From the NCBI GenBank assembly GCA_964406095.1, contig CAYOQJ010000039.1, positions 103,630 through 167,629 of the forward strand: a stretch of DNA of 64,000 nt, read 5' to 3'. Below are positions 21,071 to 31,900 of the stretch, in pieces. Positions within the stretch are counted from its first letter, which is position 1; every line of letters starts with the position of its first letter. The position numbers were made by a program, and so were the translations under genes. The notes beneath the pieces are model-generated. The model saw nothing but the letters and a program-made list of their open reading frames with translations. It made no database searches and was not told the DNA's origin. This stretch comes from an uncultured Lentisphaeraceae bacterium (lineage in GTDB: Bacteria > Verrucomicrobiota > Kiritimatiellia > RFP12 > UBA1067).

Positions 21071-24000
21071 ATGCGTTTACTGATATTGATTTTTGCAGCC
21101 ATCTCTGTCGCAGCGGCGCCGCATGCTTTTCTGGGTACAAGTCACGCTCGTAAAAGTGTTTACCTGCGCGACTGTGACGGCCGGATTGTCTGGGAATACA
21201 CTGTGCCCAATCCGCAGGATGCCTGGCTGCTCGATAATGGCAATATTCTCACCACCTGGCGCCATGGCGTCAAGGAGATTGCACCTTCGAAGTCGGTTGT
21301 CTGGGAGTTTAATGTGCAGCCACCAAACGAAGTGCCGATCTGCCAGCCGCTGCCGGACGGCAATTTTTTGATCGGAATTGTCGGTGAGTGCCGCCTGATC
21401 GAAATCAACCGCGCCAATCAGATTCTGCATGAGATAAAGTTGCAGACAACCGAGACCAATCCACACGCGCAGTTTCGCATGTGCCGCAAAACAGAGGCGG
21501 GAACTTATCTGGTGCCGTTTACCGCCGAGGGTGCGGTGCGGGAGTACGACCGTGACGGCAATTGCGTCCGCCACTTTCCAGCTCTGCGCTCTCCGGTCTG
21601 CGCCGAGCGCCTGAACAACGGCAACACCATCATCACCGGCAGCGGAGGCGTCACCGAGTTTGCACCCGATTCCAGCGTGGTCTGGCAAATCGATATGGCC
21701 GTTGATCTGCCGGATGTCAATCCCGGCATACCCGCCGGTGTTCATCGCCTGGATAATGGCAACTCCTTGTTCTGCAACTGGCGCAAACCGGCAATGAACG
21801 ACAAACTTGACCTCTCTATCATTGAAGTCACTCCTGAAAAAAAGATTGTCTGGTCTGTTGATGGTGCCGAGCTCTCTCAGGCGGCGCAATGTCATATTGT
21901 CCCAGAGGATAAGTTGAAGCCGTTTATTCGCGCCACAGGGAATTATGAACGTTGGCTGGCGGCACCGGAGAATTTTCTGCCGACCGGGAAGCGCGTGTAT
22001 CAAAGTGCACTAAATCTAAACGAACGCGTCTGGCCGCAGTCGACACTGATTCACTATCCCGGTTATGAGCGGTTGCTTAATGGCGATATCGCACACCTTC
22101 CCAGTACCGAGAATCCCGGCTTTGGCGGCGCTTTGGCCGCTTCTGAACATAAGATTACCGTTACGGGTCGACCGGCACTTGATGCTCTGCCGCTGACTGT
22201 GCGTCTGCGTGTCAAATGTGGTTCCGCCGAGCACTTCAATATCTTTGTTGCACACGAACCTAAAACATCGCCAGCGCACTGGGAGCTGTACAGCTATATC
22301 AAAGATGGCACACTCGCATTCTATATGCCCGGCAACCAACCGGCGGTCATACGCTCGCAGGTATGTGTGACTGATGGTAGATGGCATGATGTAGCCGTCG
22401 TTCTGAATGCCGGCAAAATCACACTCTTCTCTGACGGAAGCGTCGTGGGTGAAGCCCCGATGACACGCGCACCCGGTCAATCCGCTTCAGTACCCACTCG
22501 GCTTGGCATCGGTTCTCTCGTGGAAGGTGGACTCTTCTGTGATGGCTATCTGGATGATCTGCGCATTCAGCAGGCGGCGGAAGTGATTGAAGCTCCGCTT
22601 GCGAAACCGCAGAGCGTTGATGAAAACACCCTGTTTTATGCCTCGTTCGACAGTGAAAGCGAGTTGCCTAATGGCAGCTTTCAAGTACGCGGCAAGATGC
22701 GTGAAATTATTAGCTTGGTACCGGACAAGAGCGAGTTCTTGGAAAATTTGCTGCCGCGCGGCGGCATTGAACCAACTGTGGCCCCCGGCGAAAAACCACC
22801 CAAGAATATCGCGGTTGTAAGTTGCAACCTTGAAGAGTTGTGTACCGCTCTGCGGCGGATCGGCATTGAGAGTGTGAAAGCTCATGAATTTCGTCCGGGT
22901 ATTCTGAACTTTTGGGGTGAGCACATTTTTGAACTGCGCCAAAGAATCAACGGTAAAATTAAACTGCCGCGTGGTGCTGTGGAGCAGGTTTATGATGAAG
23001 ATGCTTTGATTACTGCGAATGATAAAACTCCGCTCGACGTTATCCTACGTCGTACCGAGGTGTTGCTGGATTATCTTGAGCAGTTCGAAGAAGTTGATAG
23101 CTTGCTGTTGAAAACTCTGCGCGCTGATCTGCGCAGAGTTCAGAATATAAGGGAGCCACAATCGCATGATGTTTTCGCGGCCTGTGCTCTTCGTCGCGCT
23201 GTTTTATTTTCAAATCCGGCATTGGATGACTACAATAAACTCGTTTTTCTCGCCCGTGCCACCTACGCCGGAAGCCGCTTAACCAATATGCGTAACAGCG
23301 ATCGAACCGGTGGACACTTCGCCACCCAGTGTTTCGGCTTTAATACGATCAGGGGAGGAGGAATATTTTCGCTTGAAAATTGGCGCGGAACAATGCCGGT
23401 TGTCAGGGACTTGATCGCTGACAATAGAGTGCTCAATGGCCGCCTGAAAGGCAAAACACTTGATGCCGGATCATTCTACTCTCCCGAGGTCAGCTACGAC
23501 GGCAAAACTCTCTATTTCGCACACTGCGGAGCGACGGAACATCGCTGGGTATGGTCCGATGAAACAGTTTGGAAACTCTTCAAGTTAGATTTTGAAACCA
23601 AAGAGATCACGCAGCTCACCGAAGGGCCATGGAATGATTTTGATCCGGTTGAACTCCCCTCCGGACGTTTGGTGTTTATCTCCGAACGCCGCGGTGGATT
23701 CATCCGGTGCTTCGGTGAGGGTGCCCGCCTGCGCGTGCCCACCTTTGTACTGCACAGCATGTCGCCCAGGGGAGGAGATATCTATCCCATATCTTACTAT
23801 GAAACAAGTGAGTGGCACCCTAGTGTGGATAACAACGGCATGCTTGTCTATACCCGTTGGGATTATACCGATAGAGAAAATTGTCTGGGAAGTCAGTTTT
23901 GGATATCTTATCCGGACGGACGCGATCCACGTGCGCCGCACGGTAACTACCCGCAGCCTTGGCACACCTTTGAGGACAACACTCATGGCGACCACCGCTT

Positions 24001-25300
24001 TGGCACTTGCGCCGACGCCCCCTCCGGTCTGCCGATGGCTCAGATGCACATTCGCGCCATTCCGGACTCACACCGATATGTGCTGACAGCCGCACCCCAT
24101 CATGGTGAGAGCTTCGGCACATTATGTGTTCTCGATTTACGTCTGCCGGACGATGGCCATATGGGTCAGCTTAGGCGCGTCACTCCCTATTTTCCCTTTC
24201 CTGAAAGCGAGATGGCCGGGCGCAGTCAATACGCCTATGCCACTCCATGGGCGGTCAACGAGGATTTCTTCATATGTAACCGATGGGAAGATCTGATCCT
24301 GGTTGATCGTTTCGGTAATGAGGAGCTGATCTGCGAACGCGAACTCCTTCCAAAAGGGTACGATCCACGACTGCGGCTTACGCATCCGAAACCGTTGCGG
24401 GCGCGTCCCGTGCCGCCGGCGATCCCGCAGCAGACCGCGCAAGGCGATGCCTACACGCAGGCGGATAAACGCACCACAATCGGTGTGGTCAATGTGAATG
24501 TCACTGATCAGCCTTTCCCGACAGATCGCCGTCCGGTCAGCTTAAGAGTGGTGCAGGTAATCCCCAAGGACGGCCCCTGGATGGATCGCCCGATGATAGG
24601 CTATGCAACCGAGAACACCCCGCGTATCCCGCTCGGCAGCGTGCCGATCGAACCGGATGGCAGCGTCTACTTTGAGGCCCCCGCAGGCAAACAGCTCATA
24701 TTTCAGTTGCTTGATGAAAACAATATGGCCATTCAAACCATGCGCACTACCGCTTTTGCTCATCCCGGCGAACGGCTTACATGTCTGGGTTGTCATGAAC
24801 CAAAACAGGAGAGTTATACCGTAAAAACCGAGTCGCCGCTGGCATTTCACAAAGCACCGGCCAAGCTGGAACCGGAGGTTGGCGGTGTCGAGCCGGCCGG
24901 GTTTCATCGTCTGGTGGAGCCTGTTTTGCAGACACGCTGCGTGAGTTGTCACACGGCCAAAGGCGAAGGCCCTCAGAAGATGGATTTTGAAGCGCTGCGT
25001 GAATATGTGTTTCGCTTTTCAGGTGGCATGGCGCGAACCACCATCAAAAAAGATTACGGTGGTTCGCGTTCTATACCGGGAAGGTGTGGAGCCATGGCAT
25101 CTCGTCTTGGTTGCGCCATGCTGACACCCGCGCACCAGGCTGCGGTGCCGCTGGAAGAGCGTTCCCGCATTCTACTCTGGCTTGATCTCAACGCCCCGCG
25201 CTACGGTGCCTATCACGATCTTGAGGCGCAGCAGCACGGCGAGATCGTCTGGCCTCTTCTCGATGTTGATCCGGCAGATCCAATGGCAAACGCCGATTAA
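21071..25300 (+). CDS. Multidomain secreted protein: beta-propeller + LamG + hydrazine-synthase-alpha-like domain with two CxxCH motifs
   Basis: Propeller repeats (L.NGN.L, .VW), LamG (DGRWHDVAV, GYLDDLRI), P.V...G.LVYTRWDY, PGERLTCLGCHE, CVSCH. Confidence 0.8.
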   Translation: MRLLILIFAAISVAAAPHAFLGTSHARKSVYLRDCDGRIVWEYTVPNPQDAWLLDNGNILTTWRHGVKEIAPSKSVVWEFNVQPPNEVPICQPLPDGNFLIGIVGECRLIEINRANQILHEIKLQTTETNPHAQFRMCRKTEAGTYLVPFTAEGAVREYDRDGNCVRHFPALRSPVCAERLNNGNTIITGSGGVTEFAPDSSVVWQIDMAVDLPDVNPGIPAGVHRLDNGNSLFCNWRKPAMNDKLDLSIIEVTPEKKIVWSVDGAELSQAAQCHIVPEDKLKPFIRATGNYERWLAAPENFLPTGKRVYQSALNLNERVWPQSTLIHYPGYERLLNGDIAHLPSTENPGFGGALAASEHKITVTGRPALDALPLTVRLRVKCGSAEHFNIFVAHEPKTSPAHWELYSYIKDGTLAFYMPGNQPAVIRSQVCVTDGRWHDVAVVLNAGKITLFSDGSVVGEAPMTRAPGQSASVPTRLGIGSLVEGGLFCDGYLDDLRIQQAAEVIEAPLAKPQSVDENTLFYASFDSESELPNGSFQVRGKMREIISLVPDKSEFLENLLPRGGIEPTVAPGEKPPKNIAVVSCNLEELCTALRRIGIESVKAHEFRPGILNFWGEHIFELRQRINGKIKLPRGAVEQVYDEDALITANDKTPLDVILRRTEVLLDYLEQFEEVDSLLLKTLRADLRRVQNIREPQSHDVFAACALRRAVLFSNPALDDYNKLVFLARATYAGSRLTNMRNSDRTGGHFATQCFGFNTIRGGGIFSLENWRGTMPVVRDLIADNRVLNGRLKGKTLDAGSFYSPEVSYDGKTLYFAHCGATEHRWVWSDETVWKLFKLDFETKEITQLTEGPWNDFDPVELPSGRLVFISERRGGFIRCFGEGARLRVPTFVLHSMSPRGGDIYPISYYETSEWHPSVDNNGMLVYTRWDYTDRENCLGSQFWISYPDGRDPRAPHGNYPQPWHTFEDNTHGDHRFGTCADAPSGLPMAQMHIRAIPDSHRYVLTAAPHHGESFGTLCVLDLRLPDDGHMGQLRRVTPYFPFPESEMAGRSQYAYATPWAVNEDFFICNRWEDLILVDRFGNEELICERELLPKGYDPRLRLTHPKPLRARPVPPAIPQQTAQGDAYTQADKRTTIGVVNVNVTDQPFPTDRRPVSLRVVQVIPKDGPWMDRPMIGYATENTPRIPLGSVPIEPDGSVYFEAPAGKQLIFQLLDENNMAIQTMRTTAFAHPGERLTCLGCHEPKQESYTVKTESPLAFHKAPAKLEPEVGGVEPAGFHRLVEPVLQTRCVSCHTAKGEGPQKMDFEALREYVFRFSGGMARTTIKKDYGGSRSIPGRCGAMASRLGCAMLTPAHQAAVPLEERSRILLWLDLNAPRYGAYHDLEAQQHGEIVWPLLDVDPADPMANAD

Positions 25301-25469
25301 TACTCTGCGCTTCTCCGGTTTAATTACCTTTTTCCTTGAAACTCTTTTATTGAGAGCTGCCTTGCTGGCATTCGCCAATCCCATTCTACCTTTGAGACAC
25401 ACTCGTTGTCTGTTGCCATACAATTGTTAATTCTCAGTTAGTGCTCTGTAAGTTTTATCAAATAATAAA

Positions 25470-25523
25470 CTAACACTGTTTTCACACAGGATTGACAGAA
25501 TCTTCACAAACCAGTGCTTTAAT
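25470..25523 (+). promoter_or_regulatory. Four 11-bp-period hexamers (PhoB/PhoP-like box) plus extended -10
   Basis: CTAACA 25470, TTCACA 25481, TTGACA 25492, TTCACA 25503; TG-C-TTTAAT at 25515-25523. Confidence 0.65.
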
Positions 25524-25602
25524 AACGCCGTCTGAAAAAAGAGGCGTGCTGTCTACACTGATAACACTCCTCTAAACGAAAACAAACGATTAGGAGTTAA
25601 AA

Positions 25603-27453
25603 GTGAAAAAGTTACTTATTGCAGCAGGCATGGTTTTAACGGGGATGGCCGCCGTTAATGCCGCGACGGTCAATGTGACCAGCGACATATCTACATCCAC
25701 TCAGTGGACAGCGGATAACGAGTACATTCTCAAGGATGTCATCTTTGTGAAGAATGGTGCGACGCTCTGGATCGAGCCGGGAACGGTCATCCGCGGCGAG
25801 GTGACCGGTAACGACTACCCCACAACTGCTCTCTGGGTTTCGCGAGGCGGTAAACTCTACGCCAGGGGCACCAAAGAAAAACCGATCATCTTTACAGATA
25901 TGTGGGATGATAATTTCCCCTGGACAGATCCGTCTACCAGAAACGACCCGGATAATCCCTACAGCACAATCAATCCGCATCAGTATATGGACAAGAAAGG
26001 TGAACAGTGGGGCGGACTGGTACTCTGCGGAAAAGCCTATGTCACCATTGATAACACGTCTGACAACGTCGGTCCGCTGGTGGAAACCGAGCCGCAGGCT
26101 GAAGGACTCGCCGGCGACGGTGCCGGTTCCACCAAATACGGCGGCAACGACGATGATGATAGCAGCGGCGTGCTTTCCTATGTCTCCGTACGCTACGGTG
26201 GCTACGGTCTGAAACCGGCTTCCGAGATCAACGGTATATCGCTCTATGGTGTCGGACGCGGCACACAGATCGATCACGTCGAGGTTGTCGGCAACCTTGA
26301 CGACGGTATCGAGTTTTTCGGTGGTACAGTCAATACCAAGTATGTGGCCATCTTCAATATCGGCGATGACAGCTTCGATGTCGATCAGGGTTATCGCGGG
26401 CGTGGCCAGTTCATCTTCCTGATGCAGGGATTCTGCGATGCCTCGGATTCCTCAGCCGCCGGTTCAGGCATCGGCAACCACGTCTTTGAGATGGATGGAG
26501 TGGAGAAGAAGGATGGCAACATGCCCTGGGCTCTGCAGCGCTATGAGAACGTCACGCTGATTGGTCACCGTTATCTGGGAGTTGACGGCAATTACGCCGC
26601 CGAGAAAGAGAACAACTCTCAGGGGTTTCAGCTTGATGATAACTGTCGTGCGCAGTTCTTCAACGTGATCGCCATGGATGTCGACTCGGTTTTGGTAGCT
26701 ATCGAGAGTGATAACGCAAGTTTTGACAGCTTCGAGGGAATGTCCACAGCGGCTACGAGCCTGCCAACGCACAATCCCGGCGCAGGCGCAAATACGTACA
26801 CACCATACTACTATACATCCCAGAATCAGAACTACAATCAGACAGCATTTGAGAACTTTGTGGTCTACAACTGTGCCCCTGATTACTACATGTACAAAAC
26901 GGATAGTAGCAACGGTTATCGTGCCGGTGGTGAAATCAGCACTGCGGGGATGAACTGGAATACAGCCGCGTCTATGCCGATCCGTTACATGGAACGTGAA
27001 AGTGCCTCTGATGTGAATCGTCCAATGCCAGCAGCGGGTAACGGCTTGTTGCCCAATATCAGATTGATCGATCCTCGTCCGGTAGCCGCCTGGGGCAGTT
27101 CACCTTACACAGCCGAAGTAGATGGGTTTGCCTCGCCGGTAAGTTACTACGGCGCATTCGCTCCCACCGGTGAAACCTGGCTCGAAGGCTGGTCAGCTCT
27201 TTCAACTGCCGGGATGTTGACCAACACTGTAAGCGCGACTGCCGCAGTTGAGCTCGATCAGGCTGCCTTCACCGTTGGATTCGCTGGCACAGTCGGCGCC
27301 AGCTACACCCTCGAGGAGTCGCTCGACTCGGGCGACACCTGGACACCGGTTGTCGGTGCCAGCACTGTTGTTGCGGATAAAGTCAACATGACTCTCTCCG
27401 ACTTCGGTGTCGAAGGGGTTGCCAGCAAGCTCTACCGGGTTGTAACGGAGTAG
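25603..27453 (+). CDS. Secreted beta-helix-type protein associated with a TonB-dependent receptor
   Basis: SD TAGGAG, GTG start, signal peptide; L.IEPGT.I, PIIFT, WGGLV..G, YVSVRYGG, EINGI..YGVG.GT, DDGIEFFGG; C-terminal ...LYRVV tail. Confidence 0.8.
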   Translation: MKKLLIAAGMVLTGMAAVNAATVNVTSDISTSTQWTADNEYILKDVIFVKNGATLWIEPGTVIRGEVTGNDYPTTALWVSRGGKLYARGTKEKPIIFTDMWDDNFPWTDPSTRNDPDNPYSTINPHQYMDKKGEQWGGLVLCGKAYVTIDNTSDNVGPLVETEPQAEGLAGDGAGSTKYGGNDDDDSSGVLSYVSVRYGGYGLKPASEINGISLYGVGRGTQIDHVEVVGNLDDGIEFFGGTVNTKYVAIFNIGDDSFDVDQGYRGRGQFIFLMQGFCDASDSSAAGSGIGNHVFEMDGVEKKDGNMPWALQRYENVTLIGHRYLGVDGNYAAEKENNSQGFQLDDNCRAQFFNVIAMDVDSVLVAIESDNASFDSFEGMSTAATSLPTHNPGAGANTYTPYYYTSQNQNYNQTAFENFVVYNCAPDYYMYKTDSSNGYRAGGEISTAGMNWNTAASMPIRYMERESASDVNRPMPAAGNGLLPNIRLIDPRPVAAWGSSPYTAEVDGFASPVSYYGAFAPTGETWLEGWSALSTAGMLTNTVSATAAVELDQAAFTVGFAGTVGASYTLEESLDSGDTWTPVVGASTVVADKVNMTLSDFGVEGVASKLYRVVTE

Positions 27454-27497
27454 GCTTAATTACAATTGCACCGCATGTCCGCTATCCCATGCGGTGT

Positions 27498-27537
27498 GGT
27501 CGGAGGCAGGCGGACTGCCTGTCTCCGACCAATTTTT
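27498..27537 (+). terminator. Intrinsic terminator or stabilising hairpin after the first operon gene
   Basis: GGTCGGAGGCAGG / CCTGTCTCCGACC 13-bp stem (one G-U) followed by AATTTTT. Confidence 0.7.
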
Positions 27538-27675
27538 CAATCATACAGGATAGCCGTTGCTGTGCCTGCCTGATTAACTGTTTAGGTGAGGTCGCATGAC
27601 AAAGGAGCAAAAACAATTCCGTGGGAAAATACTTTCGCGGCATCAAAATATCGATCAAAAAAGAAAGAATTGTTT

Positions 27676-28905
27676 ATGGATAGCAACCAGATCAATGGCG
27701 TTAAACCGCCTCAGATTCTCATAGCGTTTCTGTTTTCCCTGCTGTTTCTTGTCGGCTGCGATGAGAGGCAATGCGAAAATATTACCGAAAAGCGCGATTT
27801 GGCATCCGCACCCTGGATTGAAGAGGCTGTCGCCATTGCGCGAAAAATACCTGCTGATATTCATAAGGTTGAGCGTGACCGAACGCTGGCCAAAGCTGCG
27901 GTGGTGGCCTCGGAAGTGGGCCTGACCAGCCAGACCGTGGCAGCGGTTGAATCCTTGAATTCATGGCGCATGGGCGATCTATATGCGCGACTGGCGCGCT
28001 CCTGCTATCTTGAAAACCGCAATGCAAAGGGCGATAAAATGCTCGGTGCCGCCCGGCGGCTGCTGGCGGAGGCTGATTACGAGGATTGGCAGAAAAGCCG
28101 GATTACACTGGCGATTGAGCAGGCCGGTCTCGCACAGGGCAGGCAAACCGGAGCCGCTACACTGGCCGACATTGAACCTGCCGATCAGGCAAAGCTGCTC
28201 CCGGGGCTGGTGCAGCATAATGTTTCTCATTCAAATCTGGTGGAAATGCTTGAACAGCTGGAGAGTTCAACAAATCAGGTGCTGGATATCGACTCCGCCG
28301 CCGGAGTTGTCGACACCTATCTTGTTCTGTACCGGAAATCACAGGCTGAAAATCAGACCCAGTGCAGTGCCCTGCGGGATCGCATACTCGACGGAATCGA
28401 CTCCGTCTTTCGTGGGCTGCATGCTGCGATTGCCTGTGAAAAGCTGATTGATTTCTGCAATGCCGCCTGGGATGCGAACGACCGCGACTTCGCGACGCGG
28501 TTAAGTGATATGACTGCCCAGCGTCTGCCAACTCTGCGGATAGATATGCGTCTGCCGGTTCAACTGCGTTATGCCGGTTTTCTGGTCCGCTCCGATCGCA
28601 CCGATCAGGCTATGCGCCAGGTTGAGAATGCGGCTGCGGGGATCGGGGATGAGAGTGTTATCTTTTCAGATCGTCCCGTGCTGCTGGCTGAATGCGGTGT
28701 TTTGTGCTGGATTGCGGGCGAACAGGACAGAGCGCGGCAATTCTTAGGACAAGCCGTCGAAGAGTTGAATGCCATGAAAAACGCACGTCCCAGAGCGGTT
28801 GCAGCAGTGGATGTGATTCTGCTGTTGGCACGTAACAGAATAGAGGATATGGAAACTCTGCGGGCAATGCGCGAACTCAACGGTAATTTAAGTGCGCCCT
28901 GGTAA
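27676..28905 (+). CDS. Hypothetical helical-repeat lipoprotein
   Basis: Hydrophobic stretch ending in LVGC lipobox; Ala/Leu-rich helical composition; operon context. Confidence 0.7.
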   Translation: MDSNQINGVKPPQILIAFLFSLLFLVGCDERQCENITEKRDLASAPWIEEAVAIARKIPADIHKVERDRTLAKAAVVASEVGLTSQTVAAVESLNSWRMGDLYARLARSCYLENRNAKGDKMLGAARRLLAEADYEDWQKSRITLAIEQAGLAQGRQTGAATLADIEPADQAKLLPGLVQHNVSHSNLVEMLEQLESSTNQVLDIDSAAGVVDTYLVLYRKSQAENQTQCSALRDRILDGIDSVFRGLHAAIACEKLIDFCNAAWDANDRDFATRLSDMTAQRLPTLRIDMRLPVQLRYAGFLVRSDRTDQAMRQVENAAAGIGDESVIFSDRPVLLAECGVLCWIAGEQDRARQFLGQAVEELNAMKNARPRAVAAVDVILLLARNRIEDMETLRAMRELNGNLSAPW

Positions 28906-28958
28906 TCCTGCGCGATCACTCCGCCCCGATGAAATCAATCATGTAGTATGGGTTGAAA

Positions 28959-31900
28959 ATGAGAAACAAAATCGCAAGAACCGGTATTTTACTGAGATGC
29001 GCTGCTGCGGCACTGGCAACAGCCGCCGCCAATCTGGCCGCACAGGATGCTGATGGTTTCGGAACCTTACGTACCCAGGTGGTTGACGCCGACTGGGAGG
29101 CCCCTCTATCCGGCGCAAGCGTAACCGTTGTTGAATTAGAGCGGGTTATGAAAAGCGGGGAGGACGGCACTGTGCTTTTCAACGAGCTGCCCTTCGGAGA
29201 ATATAATCTGCTGGTAAGCGCGGCAGGCTTCGAGCGCCAGTTGATGCGCGGTGTGGTTATTAATCCCGGCACAGTGCAGCAGGTGGTTGTACGTCTGGCC
29301 CCGGTTTATACCGACATGGATGAACTTGTGGTTCGCGACTTCGATGTCGCCTCCGTTGGCGACACCGTGCTGATTGAGCTTAAAATGGAGAGTACCGCCT
29401 CCTTCGACGCGGTCAGTGCCGACACCATCAGCCGCGCCGGCGCCAGCGATGCCGCCTCCGCCCTGAAACTGGTTTCCGGCGCAACTGTTCAGGACGGAAA
29501 ATATGCGGTGATCCGCGGATTGCCGGATCGCTATGTGAATTCACAGCTCAACGGAGTGCGCCTGCCCTCGGCAGATGCCGACAAAAGAGCGGTACAGCTT
29601 GACCAGTTCCCGTCCGCAATGATTGAAAGTATCAGAGTCACTAAGACATTTATGCCTGATCAGCAGGGCGATGCCACCGGCGGCGCCGTTGATATCAGAC
29701 TCAAGCGTATTCCTGACAAGTTCATCGCTAAAGTATCTGTGAGTGCCTCGCACAACGATCAGGTGACCGGAGAAAAAATGCTGGCTGCCCGCGGTCCGGG
29801 GCTCTCCTACTGGGGAGATGACCGCGGAGATCGTGCCCGTCCCTTCAGAGTGGGTGCTGTGGAGCAGCCGGAGAACTCAAATCTCTCACCCTACGTCTGG
29901 AATCGACGTATGACCGAAGAGGATCGCCAGCGCTATCTCGAATCCTGGCAGACTAGTGCCTCTCAGACCGCCGCGTTCAATGACAACTACCGCATCCGTT
30001 ATCGCGAAACCGAACCTGGAACAAGCTGGAATCTGACGCTGGGTGAAGTTTTTGAACCGATCGATGATGTGCGTTTCGGCTTTCTGGGTAACTTTTCTTA
30101 TAAACACAATTACGCTGGCTACAACGATGGCGTGTTGAATCGCTACATGGTCCGTAAACCTGACGAAGACGAAGAGGATAATTTCACTATTGGACGCAGC
30201 AACGACACTGGCCCGGCCACATATCGTGTTCGGGAAGGGCAGGAATCGATTCTGTGGGGCGGTGCCCTTACCACCGGTTTTGAATCGCCGTGGCTCAATA
30301 TCGGATTGACCTACCTGCGTTCACAGGCCACCGACGAAACCGTTACTATGATCGAGGATCGCTCTCAACTGGAGGATAACAAAAACATGTGGCGTCAGCA
30401 GAGCGTGCACTACTCAGAACGCACCACCGAAACAACACTGCTGGAAGTTGAACACCCCTGGTTTTTTCTACCTGAAGAGATGGATGTCAGCTTAGGCAGA
30501 GATTGGCTGATCTTTCTTCCGCCGGTCACCGACTGGTCCATCAGTCGTAATATGGCCAGTCAGTATGAGCCCGACCGTGCACTGTTTACAGAGTACTATA
30601 ACAACGGTTACTGGAAACCCCCGACCGGCAACCTTCCGCCACTTGAGCGCAAATGGAGGGATATTGAGGAAAATGGCCGTCAGTATTTGGTCAATCAGAA
30701 GATTCCTTTCCGCATCTACAGCGGTGACGAGGGCTATCTGAAGGGCGGTTATTTTGAAGATCAGGTTCGGCGAAGCTATCAGCAGGACACCTTTGAATAT
30801 CGTGAGGGCAATGTCGGTAAAGCACTCGAAGGAGATCCCGACGATATGTGGAGTGATGAATTCATCACTGGCTATCCCGCTCTCGGCCCGCCCGGCGAAT
30901 TGGAGCAGGGCTGGTATATTGCCGCCGGTGATGACGATATCGACTATAACGGGCAACAGGACATACGGGCCTGGTACTGGATGGCGGATGTGCCGCTGGC
31001 TTCTTTTCTGGCGGTGCAGGGCGGTATACGAGTCGAGTCAACCGAAATCAACGCCCGCATGAAGCCATCCAAGGAACGCTATGATGGAAATTTCGCAGTG
31101 TGGTCGCTCAAGCAAAATGAGGAGACCGGCTCAAAGTATCTGGATGGTGTGACCGTTGAAAACGATGAGGAACTCAATGCGCATTCACCTGATCTGGAGC
31201 GCAATGACCGTCTGCCGGCTCTTGGTATGCGAATCACACCGCTCAAGAATCTGAACCTGCGTCTGAACTGGTCGGAAACCGTTGCGCGCCCGACTTTCAA
31301 AGAATTGATGCCCGTGCGTTTCAAAGAGAGTGCAGCGGCGGATACCTATCTGGGCAATCCCGATCTCGAGATGTCTGAAATTGAAAACTATGACTTGCGT
31401 CTGGAATATATGCCCTCCGCCGGGCAACTGCTTTCAGTGAGCTACTTTTACAAAGAACTCCTGAACCCAATAGACCTGCGGGCCTTCAGTCCCGGCGGTG
31501 GGGTCGAGGGCGAACGTTTCATAATGCCTTACAACTACCCGGAGGGGGAAATCAGCGGGTGGGAGTTTGAGGCACGCCAAGATATCGGACAGTTATGGAG
31601 CTACGCCAGAGGCTTGACGCTCGGTTTTAACTCCACGCTGATGGAGTCGGAGGTGGTGCGCCCCGCTGACGAATTTCAACAGGTGCAGGAGTTTGGAGCC
31701 GAGCGCACACGCCGCATGGCCGGACAGCCCGAATATATTCTTGGAACATACGCTATTTACGATATTGAGGATTGGGGTACCTCTTTAGGACTCTTTTTCA
31801 ACCGGCGTGGCGATGTGCTGGCCGTTGGTGACAGTGTTGATAATGGTGATGAATATACACCGTGCATTTATGAAGAGCCGCTCGAACAACTTGATTTCAC

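Noticed and set aside
21071-25300. Evidence for anammox metabolism
   Set aside because: No hzsB/hzsC or hao genes here; HzsA-like domains occur in non-anammox PVC bacteria
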